Assembly (NCBI GenBank): GCA_964494885.1
Contig: CAZBTH010000002.1
Location: 29,271 to 93,270, forward strand
DNA: 64,000 bases
Direction of reading: 5' to 3'
From: an uncultured Gammaproteobacteria bacterium
GTDB lineage: Bacteria > Patescibacteriota > Microgenomatia > UBA8517
The notes under the pieces were generated by a model. That model did not search any database and was not told the DNA's origin. It worked only from the letters and a program-made list of their open reading frames with translations. Of this stretch, positions 38,055-47,200 are shown one piece after another. The position numbers and the translations under genes are program-made. Each line of letters opens with the position of its first letter. Within the stretch, counting starts at the first letter, position 1.

Positions 38055-39329
38055 ATGGAAAGCATCAATAGACAAAATGATTGGAAAAATGCAACCCCTT
38101 ACGGACGCGAAACCATCCAGGGGAGGTCGGAACGTGCATTGACACTTCCCCGCGAAGTTCTAGATCAATACAAAGAAACTGCCTCAGCCTTTGGTGCCTT
38201 TACCCAAACAGTTTTAGGAAACTGGGATTACATTTTAAAAGAAAGCCGTCTGGCTCAAATAATTTGGAGCAAATTTGGACCAGTTCAAAAAGCTTTATTC
38301 CGAAAGTCCTCAGAACAAATACTGGGCGGCATTCCGTATACGATCCGTTTTGACAGCACCCTAGGAGAAGACGGAAATGTAGCTATATTTGAACCTGAGA
38401 TTCAAAATTGCGGTGACGGTCCCTTGTTTCAAAAAATAAACGAATATGGCAGAGATTCAACCATTGGTAACACTGATTTGCTTCAGAAAATACAGGAGTA
38501 CCTTAAAGAAAAAGGTCCAATAGCTGTATCTAGATCCAGAGACAACATGACTTTCTATTGGCCTACAATTAAAACTTTGTCGCAAGCGATTAGAACATCC
38601 GGAATCGAAACAATTCCAGTGACGCTTGACGATCTGGAAATCTCTGAGAACGGAATTTTTTGGATCCCTGACGAAACATCTGAAAGTAAAGGTGAACTAT
38701 TAACCTCACCTACCTGGTACAAGATTAAAAGCGACCGTCTTAAAATACAGACCTTATATAACCAACTAGGCACAAAAGCAATATTTTTTCCCAACGACCA
38801 GGAGGTAGCTCTTTTTCAAACCTATCGCTTAAATAAAGTTGATATCTTTCCAACTCCAAATCCTCTAATCGCATCCAAAGCTATATTGGCTCTCATGTGG
38901 GATGAGCAAATCAGAGAAACTTTATTAAATATTGATACCAAATTAAATAAAGAAATACAGGCTTTAAGAACTTACGTTCCACCTTCGTTCATAGGAAAAT
39001 TGAATTGTCCCCCACCCAATCAAATCCTACCAGCCGTAATTAAACCGATTTTCGGCGCCAAGCAACAAGGAATCGAAATAATTGGTTTACCCAGACAACT
39101 TGAAAAAGTCAAACAAGATACAAACATGATTATCCAAAGGTGGGTCCAGCCTTATATTTGGAGATTCAAGATTGACGGAGAAGAGAAAAGATTCAAAACC
39201 AGACTCGAATCATTTTGCTGGATAGAAAACGGCCAAGGAATACCTGTAGATTTTCTCGCAACCGGATCAACTAGCGACATTGTTGGCGGTAACCGATATG
39301 GACCGATGACAACAGTATATTTTAAATAA
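38055..39329 (+). CDS. Glutathionylspermidine synthase-family (GspS/YgiC/YjfC-like) ATP-grasp ligase
   Basis: AVIKPIFGAKQQGIEII matches the YgiC VVKPIFSREGANVSII ATP-grasp strand; LIASKAILALMWDE matches the SNKALLPLLWE region. Confidence 0.55.
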   Translation: MESINRQNDWKNATPYGRETIQGRSERALTLPREVLDQYKETASAFGAFTQTVLGNWDYILKESRLAQIIWSKFGPVQKALFRKSSEQILGGIPYTIRFDSTLGEDGNVAIFEPEIQNCGDGPLFQKINEYGRDSTIGNTDLLQKIQEYLKEKGPIAVSRSRDNMTFYWPTIKTLSQAIRTSGIETIPVTLDDLEISENGIFWIPDETSESKGELLTSPTWYKIKSDRLKIQTLYNQLGTKAIFFPNDQEVALFQTYRLNKVDIFPTPNPLIASKAILALMWDEQIRETLLNIDTKLNKEIQALRTYVPPSFIGKLNCPPPNQILPAVIKPIFGAKQQGIEIIGLPRQLEKVKQDTNMIIQRWVQPYIWRFKIDGEEKRFKTRLESFCWIENGQGIPVDFLATGSTSDIVGGNRYGPMTTVYFK

Positions 39330-39334
39330 TAAAA

Positions 39335-39622
39335 ATGGGAGAAAGAAAAAGCTGGTCAACTGAAAACTATTCGGAAATACTGCCATATCTGAATGGTCCA
39401 AAAAAAACGATAGCAACTGTAGAATTAACCAGATCCCACACAACCATCGTTTACTGGATTCCACCTGACGGTAGGAATGAAGTAAGAGAATGCGATGATT
39501 GCAAAGAACAAGCTGAGTATTTATATTTTGATCAGGATCACACAATGCGATATTATCTAAGACTTTTTTGCAAAGATCATGCGTCCTACCCACTCTCGAG
39601 ATGGTTAAATGAAGAAAGATAA
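39335..39622 (+). CDS. Small Cys-containing hypothetical protein, overlapping the next gene by 14 bp
   Basis: CDDCK...FCKDH; ORF only. Confidence 0.3.
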   Translation: MGERKSWSTENYSEILPYLNGPKKTIATVELTRSHTTIVYWIPPDGRNEVRECDDCKEQAEYLYFDQDHTMRYYLRLFCKDHASYPLSRWLNEER

Positions 39623-40733
39623 AATGAATACTATCGAAATTTTACAAAAACTAATATCTATCCCCTCTTGGGTTGACAACAAAACTAACGAACGGGAAAT
39701 TGGAGAGTGGATTTATAAGTTCCTGAAAACAAATTCAAATCTTGAAGTTTCCAAACAACCCGTCGGTCAGGGAAGATTCAATATAATAGCCCAAAAGGGC
39801 CGAGGGATCGATGTTTTAGTTACCGGACACATTGATACTGTTCAACCAAATTCTAACTGGACTGATAGTCCAACATCGGGAAAGATGATTAATGGCCAAA
39901 TCTTTGGGCGAGGCGCAAGTGATATGAAATGCGGAGTGGCTATTATGCTTTATCTTGCTACACTGCCCAAGTTGAAAGACCGTATTTCTTTTCTGTTTTA
40001 CTGTGATGAGGAATATGACTTTTTGGGAATGAAAGAGTTTGTGAAACTATACACACCTTCCAAGGTCGGACCTTTAAAGGTGAAGCCGAAACTAATTATT
40101 TCACTTGACGGAGAAGGTTTACAGATTGGCAATTCCTGTCGGGGACTAATTGAAATGAAAGTCGAAATCGAGGGCCAAGCTGGACACTCTGCTAATCCAA
40201 AATCTGGAATCAATGCTATCACCGAATCATTTAAGGTAATTGAGAGGTTGAAAAGATGGGTACTAAATTTTAAGAGTGAAGAGCTGGACACTTCAACCCT
40301 AAATATCGCCTATATAAATGGTGGTGGAGGTGAAGGAAACATCATTGCAGAAAAATGTGAGTATATCGTCGAAATTCGTGTAGCCAATGAAAAACTTAAC
40401 GCGAACCTAGCAAAGAAATTTATTACTGAAAATTCTAAAAAATTAGGATTGGAAATCAAGGATATAAAAATTAGACATGATTTGGGAAGTTGGATAACAC
40501 CAAAGAAAGAGTTAAAAAATATTATTTCACTTGCACCAAAGAAAAAACTTAGAAGTGCGAAGAAAAGTGGATATATTGATATTCAAATGCTTTGGAAAGC
40601 TTTTGACAAAGTTCCGACTTTTAGTCTTGGTGCCGGTGAACCCGGGCAATCGCACAAAGCAAATGAGTACGTAAAAATTTCAAAGGTGATGAAAGTTCAA
40701 AAATTTTTCGAAGCTATTCTGGCAAATAAATAA
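39609..40733 (+). CDS. M20-family metallopeptidase/deacylase (ArgE/DapE/CPG2-like)
   Basis: VLVTGHIDTVQPN, GRGASDMKCGVA and EEYD metal-binding motifs. Confidence 0.8.
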   Translation: MKKDKMNTIEILQKLISIPSWVDNKTNEREIGEWIYKFLKTNSNLEVSKQPVGQGRFNIIAQKGRGIDVLVTGHIDTVQPNSNWTDSPTSGKMINGQIFGRGASDMKCGVAIMLYLATLPKLKDRISFLFYCDEEYDFLGMKEFVKLYTPSKVGPLKVKPKLIISLDGEGLQIGNSCRGLIEMKVEIEGQAGHSANPKSGINAITESFKVIERLKRWVLNFKSEELDTSTLNIAYINGGGGEGNIIAEKCEYIVEIRVANEKLNANLAKKFITENSKKLGLEIKDIKIRHDLGSWITPKKELKNIISLAPKKKLRSAKKSGYIDIQMLWKAFDKVPTFSLGAGEPGQSHKANEYVKISKVMKVQKFFEAILANK

Positions 40734-41957
40734 ATGTTAAACTTTAAAGAGATGAATAAATTACAAACATTAAAAGGTTTTAGGGACTTTCTACCGAAAG
40801 ATGCCCTAAAACGAACGTGGGTTAGAAACAAGATGATTTCCGTTGCCGAAAGGTGGGGTTATGAACCGATCGAAACGCCCACACTTGAACCCTATTCCCT
40901 ATTCAAAGGAGAAATCGGGGAAGATGAAAAATTATTTTACAAATTTACCGATAATGGAGATCGTGAAGTTATGCTTAGGTACGACCAAACAGTCCCAACT
41001 TGCAGGTATGTTGCAGCTAACCAAAATTCGCTGACATTCCCTTTCAAGAGATATCAATGTCAATCGGTCTTTAGGGCAGAAAATACACAACGAGGACGAT
41101 ACCGCGAATTTACACAATTTGATTTGGACATTTTCGGAGTTGCCTCGGCGTCGGCTGATGCCGAGGTTATAGCTGAAAATTTGGATACATATTTAAACAT
41201 AGGATTTAAAAAACCCATTGTCGTCTTCAACAACAGGGATCTAATGAAAGATATTCCCTATGAAGCGATAGTGGCCATCGATAAACTTAAAAAAATTGGT
41301 GAACAAGGAGTAATTGAAGATATGATTAAGAAGAGAATATCAGAAAATCTGGCCAAGGAGTATTTCAAAAAAGTTCTAGAAATAAAACCCGACGAAACGG
41401 TCAAAACTATAATTTCCTATCTTGAAAAATCCGGATTCGGAAGTGAATATTATCGCTTTGAGCCCACACTCGCCAGATCCTTCTCCTACTCTCAGGGACC
41501 CATTTGGGAAATTGTTATTGAAGATTACGGCGCCGGTTCGGTTGGCGGCGGAGAACGTTATGATGGAATGATGAAACGCCTGACCGGCCTGGACATTCCG
41601 GCAACTGGGATTGCTTTTGGTTTTGACAGAACGGTGGAAGCAGCAGATCAATTAAATCTTATTCCTGTTGAACTTACTAAAACCAAAGCACTTGTTACAA
41701 TTTTTGCCCCGGACTTACTCGAAAACTCAATAAAAGTTGCCCGCGATTTAAGGGAAAACAAAATTAATACAGAACTTTATCCAAATGAAAATGCAAAACT
41801 TGATAAACAACTCAAATATGCCGACAAAAAAGGAATTCCCTATGTAGTGATAATCGGACCGGAGGAAGTTAAAGAAAATAAAGTAGTTCTTAAGAATCTC
41901 AAAACCAAAGAGCAAACAAAAACAACAACAGAGAATCTGATTTCATTGATTAAATAA
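40734..41957 (+). CDS. hisS: Histidyl-tRNA synthetase
   Basis: LKGFRDFLP N-terminus, class II motif 2 FRAENTQRGRYREFTQFDLDIFG, motif 3 GGERYDGM, C-terminal anticodon-binding domain. Confidence 0.9.
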   Translation: MLNFKEMNKLQTLKGFRDFLPKDALKRTWVRNKMISVAERWGYEPIETPTLEPYSLFKGEIGEDEKLFYKFTDNGDREVMLRYDQTVPTCRYVAANQNSLTFPFKRYQCQSVFRAENTQRGRYREFTQFDLDIFGVASASADAEVIAENLDTYLNIGFKKPIVVFNNRDLMKDIPYEAIVAIDKLKKIGEQGVIEDMIKKRISENLAKEYFKKVLEIKPDETVKTIISYLEKSGFGSEYYRFEPTLARSFSYSQGPIWEIVIEDYGAGSVGGGERYDGMMKRLTGLDIPATGIAFGFDRTVEAADQLNLIPVELTKTKALVTIFAPDLLENSIKVARDLRENKINTELYPNENAKLDKQLKYADKKGIPYVVIIGPEEVKENKVVLKNLKTKEQTKTTTENLISLIK

Positions 41958-41981
41958 CAGTCTTCGTCCATAACATTACCC

Positions 41982-42013
41982 AATTGTAAATTGTAAATTG
42001 ATAATTGATAATT
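41982..42013. repeat. Tandem 7-mer repeat (AATTGTA twice, then AATTGAT twice) upstream of the EamA gene
   Basis: Four and a half tandem units. Confidence 0.5.
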
Positions 42014-42018
42014 AGTTT

Positions 42019-42927
42019 ATGAACTCTGCCCGAAAACGCGCTTATATTGAGCTCCTAATTGTGACCATTATCTGGGGTGCGGCAACCCCGATCATTAAAT
42101 ATACGCTGGAGGGTTTTAATACTCTTACATTTCTTACATACCGCTTCGGACTCTCTACAATCCTTGCCGTCCTAGCATTTATAATCTTAAAACAGCACCT
42201 ACCCAAAGATAAATCTACGTTAGTTAAACTGTTGAAATTCGGCTTTTTGACATCAACAGTGTCTTTGGGCTTTTTGTTTTTTGGTTTGGAGAACACAACC
42301 GTGCTGGACGCAAGTCTAATTACCCTCGCAAACCCAATCTTAATAACTGTTGCCGGTGTTATGTTCCTTAGAGAGCGCGTGACCAAACGGGAAAAGATCG
42401 GCATGGCAATTGCCCTTGCCGGAACACTCCTGACTGTTATTGAGCCGATTTTACAAAATCACGGCGGACAAATTAGGCTTTCAGGAAACGTATTAATAGT
42501 AGGCTATTTAGTTGCCACAGCTTGGGGAGCGGTTCTGGCTAAGGAGCTTCTAAGAACAGGGGTATCTCCATTGATTATGACAAATGCATCATTCGTAATT
42601 GGCTTTATTTCACTTTTACCGCCATTTCTAATTACAAACATCCAGCCATTGACCGCCATTGTTTCTGCTCCGATATTTTATCACCTTGGAGTTTTCTTCA
42701 TGGCGTTTTTATCCGGAAATTTGGCCTACTATCTGTCGAACAAAGCCCAGAAAACTATCGAGATCGGAGAGGCATCCCTATTCTCATACCTCTACCCCGT
42801 CTTCTCTACCCCGCTTGCTATTCTCTGGCTTGGAGAATCAATTACCCCTGTTTTTATTGCCGGTGCAGTTATAATCACGCTCGGAGTCATTCTTGCCGAA
42901 ACAAAGAAGGCGAAAAAAACTGGTTAA
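42019..42927 (+). CDS. EamA/DMT-family transporter
   Basis: 10 TM helices in two EamA-like halves. Confidence 0.7.
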   Translation: MNSARKRAYIELLIVTIIWGAATPIIKYTLEGFNTLTFLTYRFGLSTILAVLAFIILKQHLPKDKSTLVKLLKFGFLTSTVSLGFLFFGLENTTVLDASLITLANPILITVAGVMFLRERVTKREKIGMAIALAGTLLTVIEPILQNHGGQIRLSGNVLIVGYLVATAWGAVLAKELLRTGVSPLIMTNASFVIGFISLLPPFLITNIQPLTAIVSAPIFYHLGVFFMAFLSGNLAYYLSNKAQKTIEIGEASLFSYLYPVFSTPLAILWLGESITPVFIAGAVIITLGVILAETKKAKKTG

Positions 42928-42959
42928 CTGTTTACTGCTGAACTGATTACTGGTATAAT
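42926..42959 (+). promoter_or_regulatory. 34-bp promoter element AACTGTTTACTGCTGAACTGATTACTGGTATAAT (extended -10) upstream of rpmE
   Basis: 32 of 34 identical to the element upstream of rpsF on the minus strand (47161-47200). Confidence 0.5.
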
Positions 42960-43012
42960 ACAAGCTCAGACGATCTCTAAGTACTCTGTACTTTGAACTC
43001 TGCACTATTTTA

Positions 43013-43324
43013 ATGAAAGTAAAAATTCACCCAACTTGGTTTAATGACGCAAAGGTAACCTGCGCTTGTGGAAACGTGTTCACAACGGGGGCAACTTTTC
43101 CCGAGCTTCGTGTCGACGTTTGCTACAATTGTCACCCCTTCTACACAGGCACAATGAAGCTTCTTGATACAGCCGGTCGGGTTGACGCTTTTAAAGCTAA
43201 AATGGCAGGTGCAGGCAAGAAAGTTATGAGCAAAACCGAGAAAAGAAGACTCAAACAAGAAAAGAGGCTCCTTGAAGAAAGTGCAAGACCAACTACTCTT
43301 AGTGAGCTTCGCTCCGAAGAGTAA
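43013..43324 (+). CDS. rpmE: Ribosomal protein L31 with a C-terminal extension
   Basis: MKVKIHP...CACGN...VCYNCHPFYTG zinc-ribbon L31 signature. Confidence 0.85.
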   Translation: MKVKIHPTWFNDAKVTCACGNVFTTGATFPELRVDVCYNCHPFYTGTMKLLDTAGRVDAFKAKMAGAGKKVMSKTEKRRLKQEKRLLEESARPTTLSELRSEE

Positions 43325-43339
43325 CTTTCGAATTGCCAA

Positions 43340-44035
43340 ATGGATAATCAAAATGCATATTTAGAAATTCGTGGTGCCACAGGCGGAGATGAAGCTAAAC
43401 TTTGGGGAGCCGACCTTCTTCGTATGTATATGCGTTTTGCCCAAAAAAAAGCTTGGAAAGTGCTTCAGATTTCAGACGCGACCATAAAAATAACAGGCCA
43501 AGGCGCGTTTAACGCGCTCAAAAATGAGTCCGGTGTTCATAGAGTTCAGCGTGTTCCTGTTACCGAAAAAAGGGGCAGAATTCATACTTCCACAGCCACA
43601 GTCGTGGTACTCCCTGAAATTAAGGAAAACGACGTTCAAATTAACCCCATTGACCTTGAATGGTCTTTTACAACCGGAGGCGGGCACGGCGGCCAGAACG
43701 TAAATAAGGTTGCTACAGCTGTACGACTTGTCCATAAACCAACCGGTACCGTCGTAGAAGCCCGGGAGGAGAGGTTTCAGGAACAAAACCGCCAAATTGC
43801 ACTGTCACTCCTAAGATCCCGCCTATGGGAAAGGCAAGAAGCAGAAAAGATACGCACGGTTGCAGGCTACCGGAGCGCTATAGGTCGGGGCATGAGGAGC
43901 GAAAAGATCCGCACTTACAACTTCCCCCAGGACCGTGTTACGGATCATAGAATCGGCAAAAACTGGGGAAAACTTGACGCAATCATAGACGGCGATTTAG
44001 ACAAGATAATTGAACTGACAAAAGATGTCCAGTAA
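43340..44035 (+). CDS. prfA: Class I peptide chain release factor, RF1-type (PVT motif), lacking N-terminal domain 1
   Basis: Aligns to RF1 from about residue 110 onward: LEIRGATGGDEAKLW, VQRVPVTEKRGRIHTS, GGQ motif GGGHGGQNVNK, RTYNFPQDRVTDHR; only 15 bp separate it from rpmE, leaving no room for domain 1. Confidence 0.7.
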   Translation: MDNQNAYLEIRGATGGDEAKLWGADLLRMYMRFAQKKAWKVLQISDATIKITGQGAFNALKNESGVHRVQRVPVTEKRGRIHTSTATVVVLPEIKENDVQINPIDLEWSFTTGGGHGGQNVNKVATAVRLVHKPTGTVVEAREERFQEQNRQIALSLLRSRLWERQEAEKIRTVAGYRSAIGRGMRSEKIRTYNFPQDRVTDHRIGKNWGKLDAIIDGDLDKIIELTKDVQ

Positions 44036-44108
44036 GGACGCCAACTTGACACCACACGTCGCAAGCGTTTTTTTGACAAAATGATGTATGTAATGATATA
44101 ACCCATTT

Positions 44109-44795
44109 ATGGCCGAAAGAATTAGCGGAAACCCCAGAGAACTAAAGTTTGGCGGTGAAGGAAAAGCGGAAAGCATAAACCGCGGTTTTGCAATCGCGAC
44201 ACTCAGAAACCCAAGAGCTGAATACAACTTCTCAAGAGGTGAAAGAATACTTACCAACTGTTTTGACGACAACAAAAAAGTCTCTGTAGTTGTGGTAGCA
44301 AATGAAATAAAACAGCTCAATGATTTTTCCGTCCCACAACTTGCTTTAGACGGATTTTTCTCCGCACCTCACGTTGTAAACGGAATGAAAACATATCCAG
44401 GTTATGAAAAATTAAACAAAAAATCGATTGTTCAAGCCGTCACCTTTGTTAAAGAGGGCGCCTTTAACAAATTGTCCAAAGATCTACAAAAAGATATTTT
44501 AGCGCACTACGATATATTTGACGGATTAGTAAAAATGCCTGAACTTAGGCATCTATTCTTTCCCACCATGTGTTTTTGGCTTACAGAAAATGGCGGAGAT
44601 ATCAAAGACTGGGTAGATTTTCTAAAAGTAAATCACCTGATTTTAGATAAGGAAAAAAAGAATATGGAAAGTTATACCAATATGGGAAGCAATATGTTCA
44701 GGCTTTTAACAGGTCGGTCTGGAATGCTTCAAGAGATTTCACAAGACTCCAAAGATGGATTATTTAAACCATTGGTCTTAGGGATTTTTGATTAG
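44109..44795 (+). CDS. Hypothetical protein
   Basis: ORF; TTGACA promoter-like sequences upstream. Confidence 0.4.
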   Translation: MAERISGNPRELKFGGEGKAESINRGFAIATLRNPRAEYNFSRGERILTNCFDDNKKVSVVVVANEIKQLNDFSVPQLALDGFFSAPHVVNGMKTYPGYEKLNKKSIVQAVTFVKEGAFNKLSKDLQKDILAHYDIFDGLVKMPELRHLFFPTMCFWLTENGGDIKDWVDFLKVNHLILDKEKKNMESYTNMGSNMFRLLTGRSGMLQEISQDSKDGLFKPLVLGIFD

Positions 44796-46031
44796 TTAAT
44801 TAAAAAGTTTGATCGCTCCCTGGAGTATCACATCTTCCTTATCAGTATCTTTTGGAGTAATTACTACGTCTGGTGCTAAACCAACTTCATGGACCCAGGT
44901 TCCGTTTGGAGTTAACCACTTAGCCGTAGTCACATGCAAACCGCTTCCGTTTGTTGTATCAATTGGTTCCTGAACGGTACCTTTTCCAAAACTTTTCTCC
45001 CCCACCAGTTTAAAATAGCGGACGTCACGGAGCGCGCCGGAAAAAATTTCACTGGCAGAAGCACTCCCACCGTTAATTAAAATCACCACTTCATAATTTT
45101 GGAGTCTTCCCAACTTTTCTGATTTATATTCGATTTTTGTTCCGTCTCCCCTTTCTTCCATAACAATCGTTGTATCGGTAGGAACAAAATCACCGGCCAC
45201 TTCCACCGCAGATTGCAAATAACCACCAGGGTTGTTTCTAAGATCGACAATTATTCCCTTAACTTTACTGTTTTGTAAAATCTGGCCTGCAGCTTTGTCC
45301 CATTCAGAAGTTGTCTCCGAGTCAAACTTGCTGAGTTTAATATTCGCAATGTTTTGATCCTTACCCACAAAACTGAGGGTAACTGACGGCACATCAAGTT
45401 TTGCACGAGTTATTTCGACTACAATAGGAGTTTGATTCCCGTCACGAACCAGGGTTAAACTAACCTTTGTACCTGCCGGACCCCTTATACTCTGGACCGC
45501 CTCAGGGAGAGTAATCGAATTTGTTGCAACATCTATTTTTTTAGCCGTATCTGTGATTCGTACTATAAAATCACCAGCCTTAACTCCAGCGCGCTCAGCA
45601 GGAGAATTGGGTAGTGGACTTACCACCGCTAACTTATTTTCTTTATAACCAATTTCAATTCCAACGCCTTCAAAAGAACCGCTTAAGTCTTCGTTTACAA
45701 CCTTGTTTTCCTTTGGAGGCAAAAACATTGTATAAGGGTCCCCCACCGCCGCAACCATTCCGGCAATTGCGCCATTGACCATTTCCGAAGGAACAAGTTT
45801 GCTTTTATCATAATATTTTGCGCTTAACGTATCCCAGACTTGCCAAAAAAGAGAAAAGTCAACATTTTTATCCGGTGGAATTTGCCTGTCTATTTTTACC
45901 TGAAAGGATTTTGTTACTTCGGCGCGAAAACCCTGTACGCCTAGCTGATATCCTCCGACAAAGACAAATATCAAAAGGAGAATTCCAAGAATTGATTTTC
46001 TAACCTTTGAAAAACTAAGTTTAAAAGCCAT
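44796..46031 (-). CDS. S41-family C-terminal processing peptidase (CtpA/Prc-like) with a PDZ domain
   Basis: N-terminal TM helix; PDZ; GGSASASEIFSGAL catalytic-Ser motif. Confidence 0.85.
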   Translation of the reverse strand: MAFKLSFSKVRKSILGILLLIFVFVGGYQLGVQGFRAEVTKSFQVKIDRQIPPDKNVDFSLFWQVWDTLSAKYYDKSKLVPSEMVNGAIAGMVAAVGDPYTMFLPPKENKVVNEDLSGSFEGVGIEIGYKENKLAVVSPLPNSPAERAGVKAGDFIVRITDTAKKIDVATNSITLPEAVQSIRGPAGTKVSLTLVRDGNQTPIVVEITRAKLDVPSVTLSFVGKDQNIANIKLSKFDSETTSEWDKAAGQILQNSKVKGIIVDLRNNPGGYLQSAVEVAGDFVPTDTTIVMEERGDGTKIEYKSEKLGRLQNYEVVILINGGSASASEIFSGALRDVRYFKLVGEKSFGKGTVQEPIDTTNGSGLHVTTAKWLTPNGTWVHEVGLAPDVVITPKDTDKEDVILQGAIKLFN

Positions 46032-46043
46032 ATGAAGATGATA

Positions 46044-46298
46044 TCAGATTCTGGGAGTGAACGGAAGCAACGCCAGATGTCTGGCGCGTTTAATTGCAAG
46101 GGCCACACGCCTTTGATGTTTTGCACAAAGGCCTGTTCTGTCTTTGCCTAGTACTTTAGCCCTGTCGCTAACGTACTTGTTTAGCGAGGCGACATCTTTA
46201 TAATCCGGCTCTGTACCGTTTTTGTCAAAAGGACAATTGCGTGCAACAGGCGCTTCTTTTAATATTCTTCTTTTTTTGTTGTCTTTTTTCTTACTCAT
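46044..46298 (-). CDS. rpsR: Ribosomal protein S18
   Basis: [13 protein letters not shown]...[21 protein letters not shown]. Confidence 0.85.
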   Translation of the reverse strand: MSKKKDNKKRRILKEAPVARNCPFDKNGTEPDYKDVASLNKYVSDRAKVLGKDRTGLCAKHQRRVALAIKRARHLALLPFTPRI

Positions 46299-46333
46299 GT
46301 TTTAGTCATCCTGAATTCATTTCAGGATCCTCG

Positions 46334-46834
46334 TTAAAACGGTATATCCTCCTCACCAACCTCATCCTTATTTTCCTCAACTTTCACTTCTTCGGTTTTT
46401 TTGTCTTTTTTAGCAGGCTTTTCTGCTGCCTCGACAGGCACTTCTTGTGATTCAATCTTTTGCTCAGGAACTTCAATTTCGCCGCCACCTACTTCGTCAG
46501 ATTTCTTATCCAAAATTAGCATGTCGTTTATTACAACTTCGGTCCTCTGTTTTTGAGTCCCATCGGTCCCTTGCCAAGATCTGGTTGTGAGTCTACCCTC
46601 CACGAAAACTTTTCTTCCTTTTTTGAGAAGTTGCGCGCAAATCTCAGCTAATTTATTCCAAGCAACTATATTATGAAATTCAACGTTTTCCTTTTTCTCT
46701 CCAGCGTCATTCGTCCAACTGCTGTTTGTGGCAATTCCAAAAGTACAAACCGCTGTTCCTTGCGGAGTATAACGCATTTCGGGATCTCTGGTCATATTCC
46801 CGATCAACATTACTCTATTTAATGATTTTGCCAC
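46334..46834 (-). CDS. ssb: Single-stranded DNA-binding protein
   Basis: OB-fold N-terminus (NRVMLIGNMTRDPEMRYTPQG) and acidic C-terminal tail ending DIPF. Confidence 0.85.
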   Translation of the reverse strand: MAKSLNRVMLIGNMTRDPEMRYTPQGTAVCTFGIATNSSWTNDAGEKKENVEFHNIVAWNKLAEICAQLLKKGRKVFVEGRLTTRSWQGTDGTQKQRTEVVINDMLILDKKSDEVGGGEIEVPEQKIESQEVPVEAAEKPAKKDKKTEEVKVEENKDEVGEEDIPF

Positions 46835-46853
46835 TTCGTCTCGCCGTAGCTCC

Positions 46854-47153
46854 TTAAGCGGAGGCGGATCCTTCCTTTCTAATTAAAAGATATCTAATAA
46901 CGTCAACGTCAGTTCTAAGTTTATCATCAAGCGCCTTGGCACCGGCGGGATCGAGTTCTATTTCAAAAAAGAGATATAAACCGGATTCGCTTTTGCCGAT
47001 CTTGTAGGCAAGCTCTTTGACTCCCCACTCTTTAGATTCTTTGATAGCTCCTTTGAAAATCTGGAGGGTTTTTTCAAAAGCCTCTACAACCTTCTTTTTC
47101 TTGGCCGCTCCGGCCTTGCCGTCCAAAACTACCGTAAGTTCGTATTTGTTCAT
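46854..47153 (-). CDS. rpsF: Ribosomal protein S6
   Basis: MNKYELTVVL...WGVKELAY; conserved rpsF-ssb-rpsR order. Confidence 0.8.
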   Translation of the reverse strand: MNKYELTVVLDGKAGAAKKKKVVEAFEKTLQIFKGAIKESKEWGVKELAYKIGKSESGLYLFFEIELDPAGAKALDDKLRTDVDVIRYLLIRKEGSASA

Positions 47154-47160
47154 GCCTGAA

Positions 47161-47200
47161 TTATAACAGTAAACAGTTCAGCAGTAAACAGTTAAACTGC
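47161..47200 (-). promoter_or_regulatory. Twin of the 34-bp promoter element (minus strand: AACTGTTTACTGCTGAACTGTTTACTGTTATAAT), with the -10 only 7 nt from the rpsF ATG
   Basis: Direct repeat CAGTAAACAGTT x2 on the plus strand; 32 of 34 identical to the rpmE element. Confidence 0.5.

Noticed and set aside
38055-40733. LysW/LysX/LysK-type amino-group-carrier pathway
   Set aside because: The ATP-grasp protein matches the GspS/YgiC family rather than RimK/LysX, and the small protein lacks the LysW zinc-ribbon-plus-acidic-C-terminus design.
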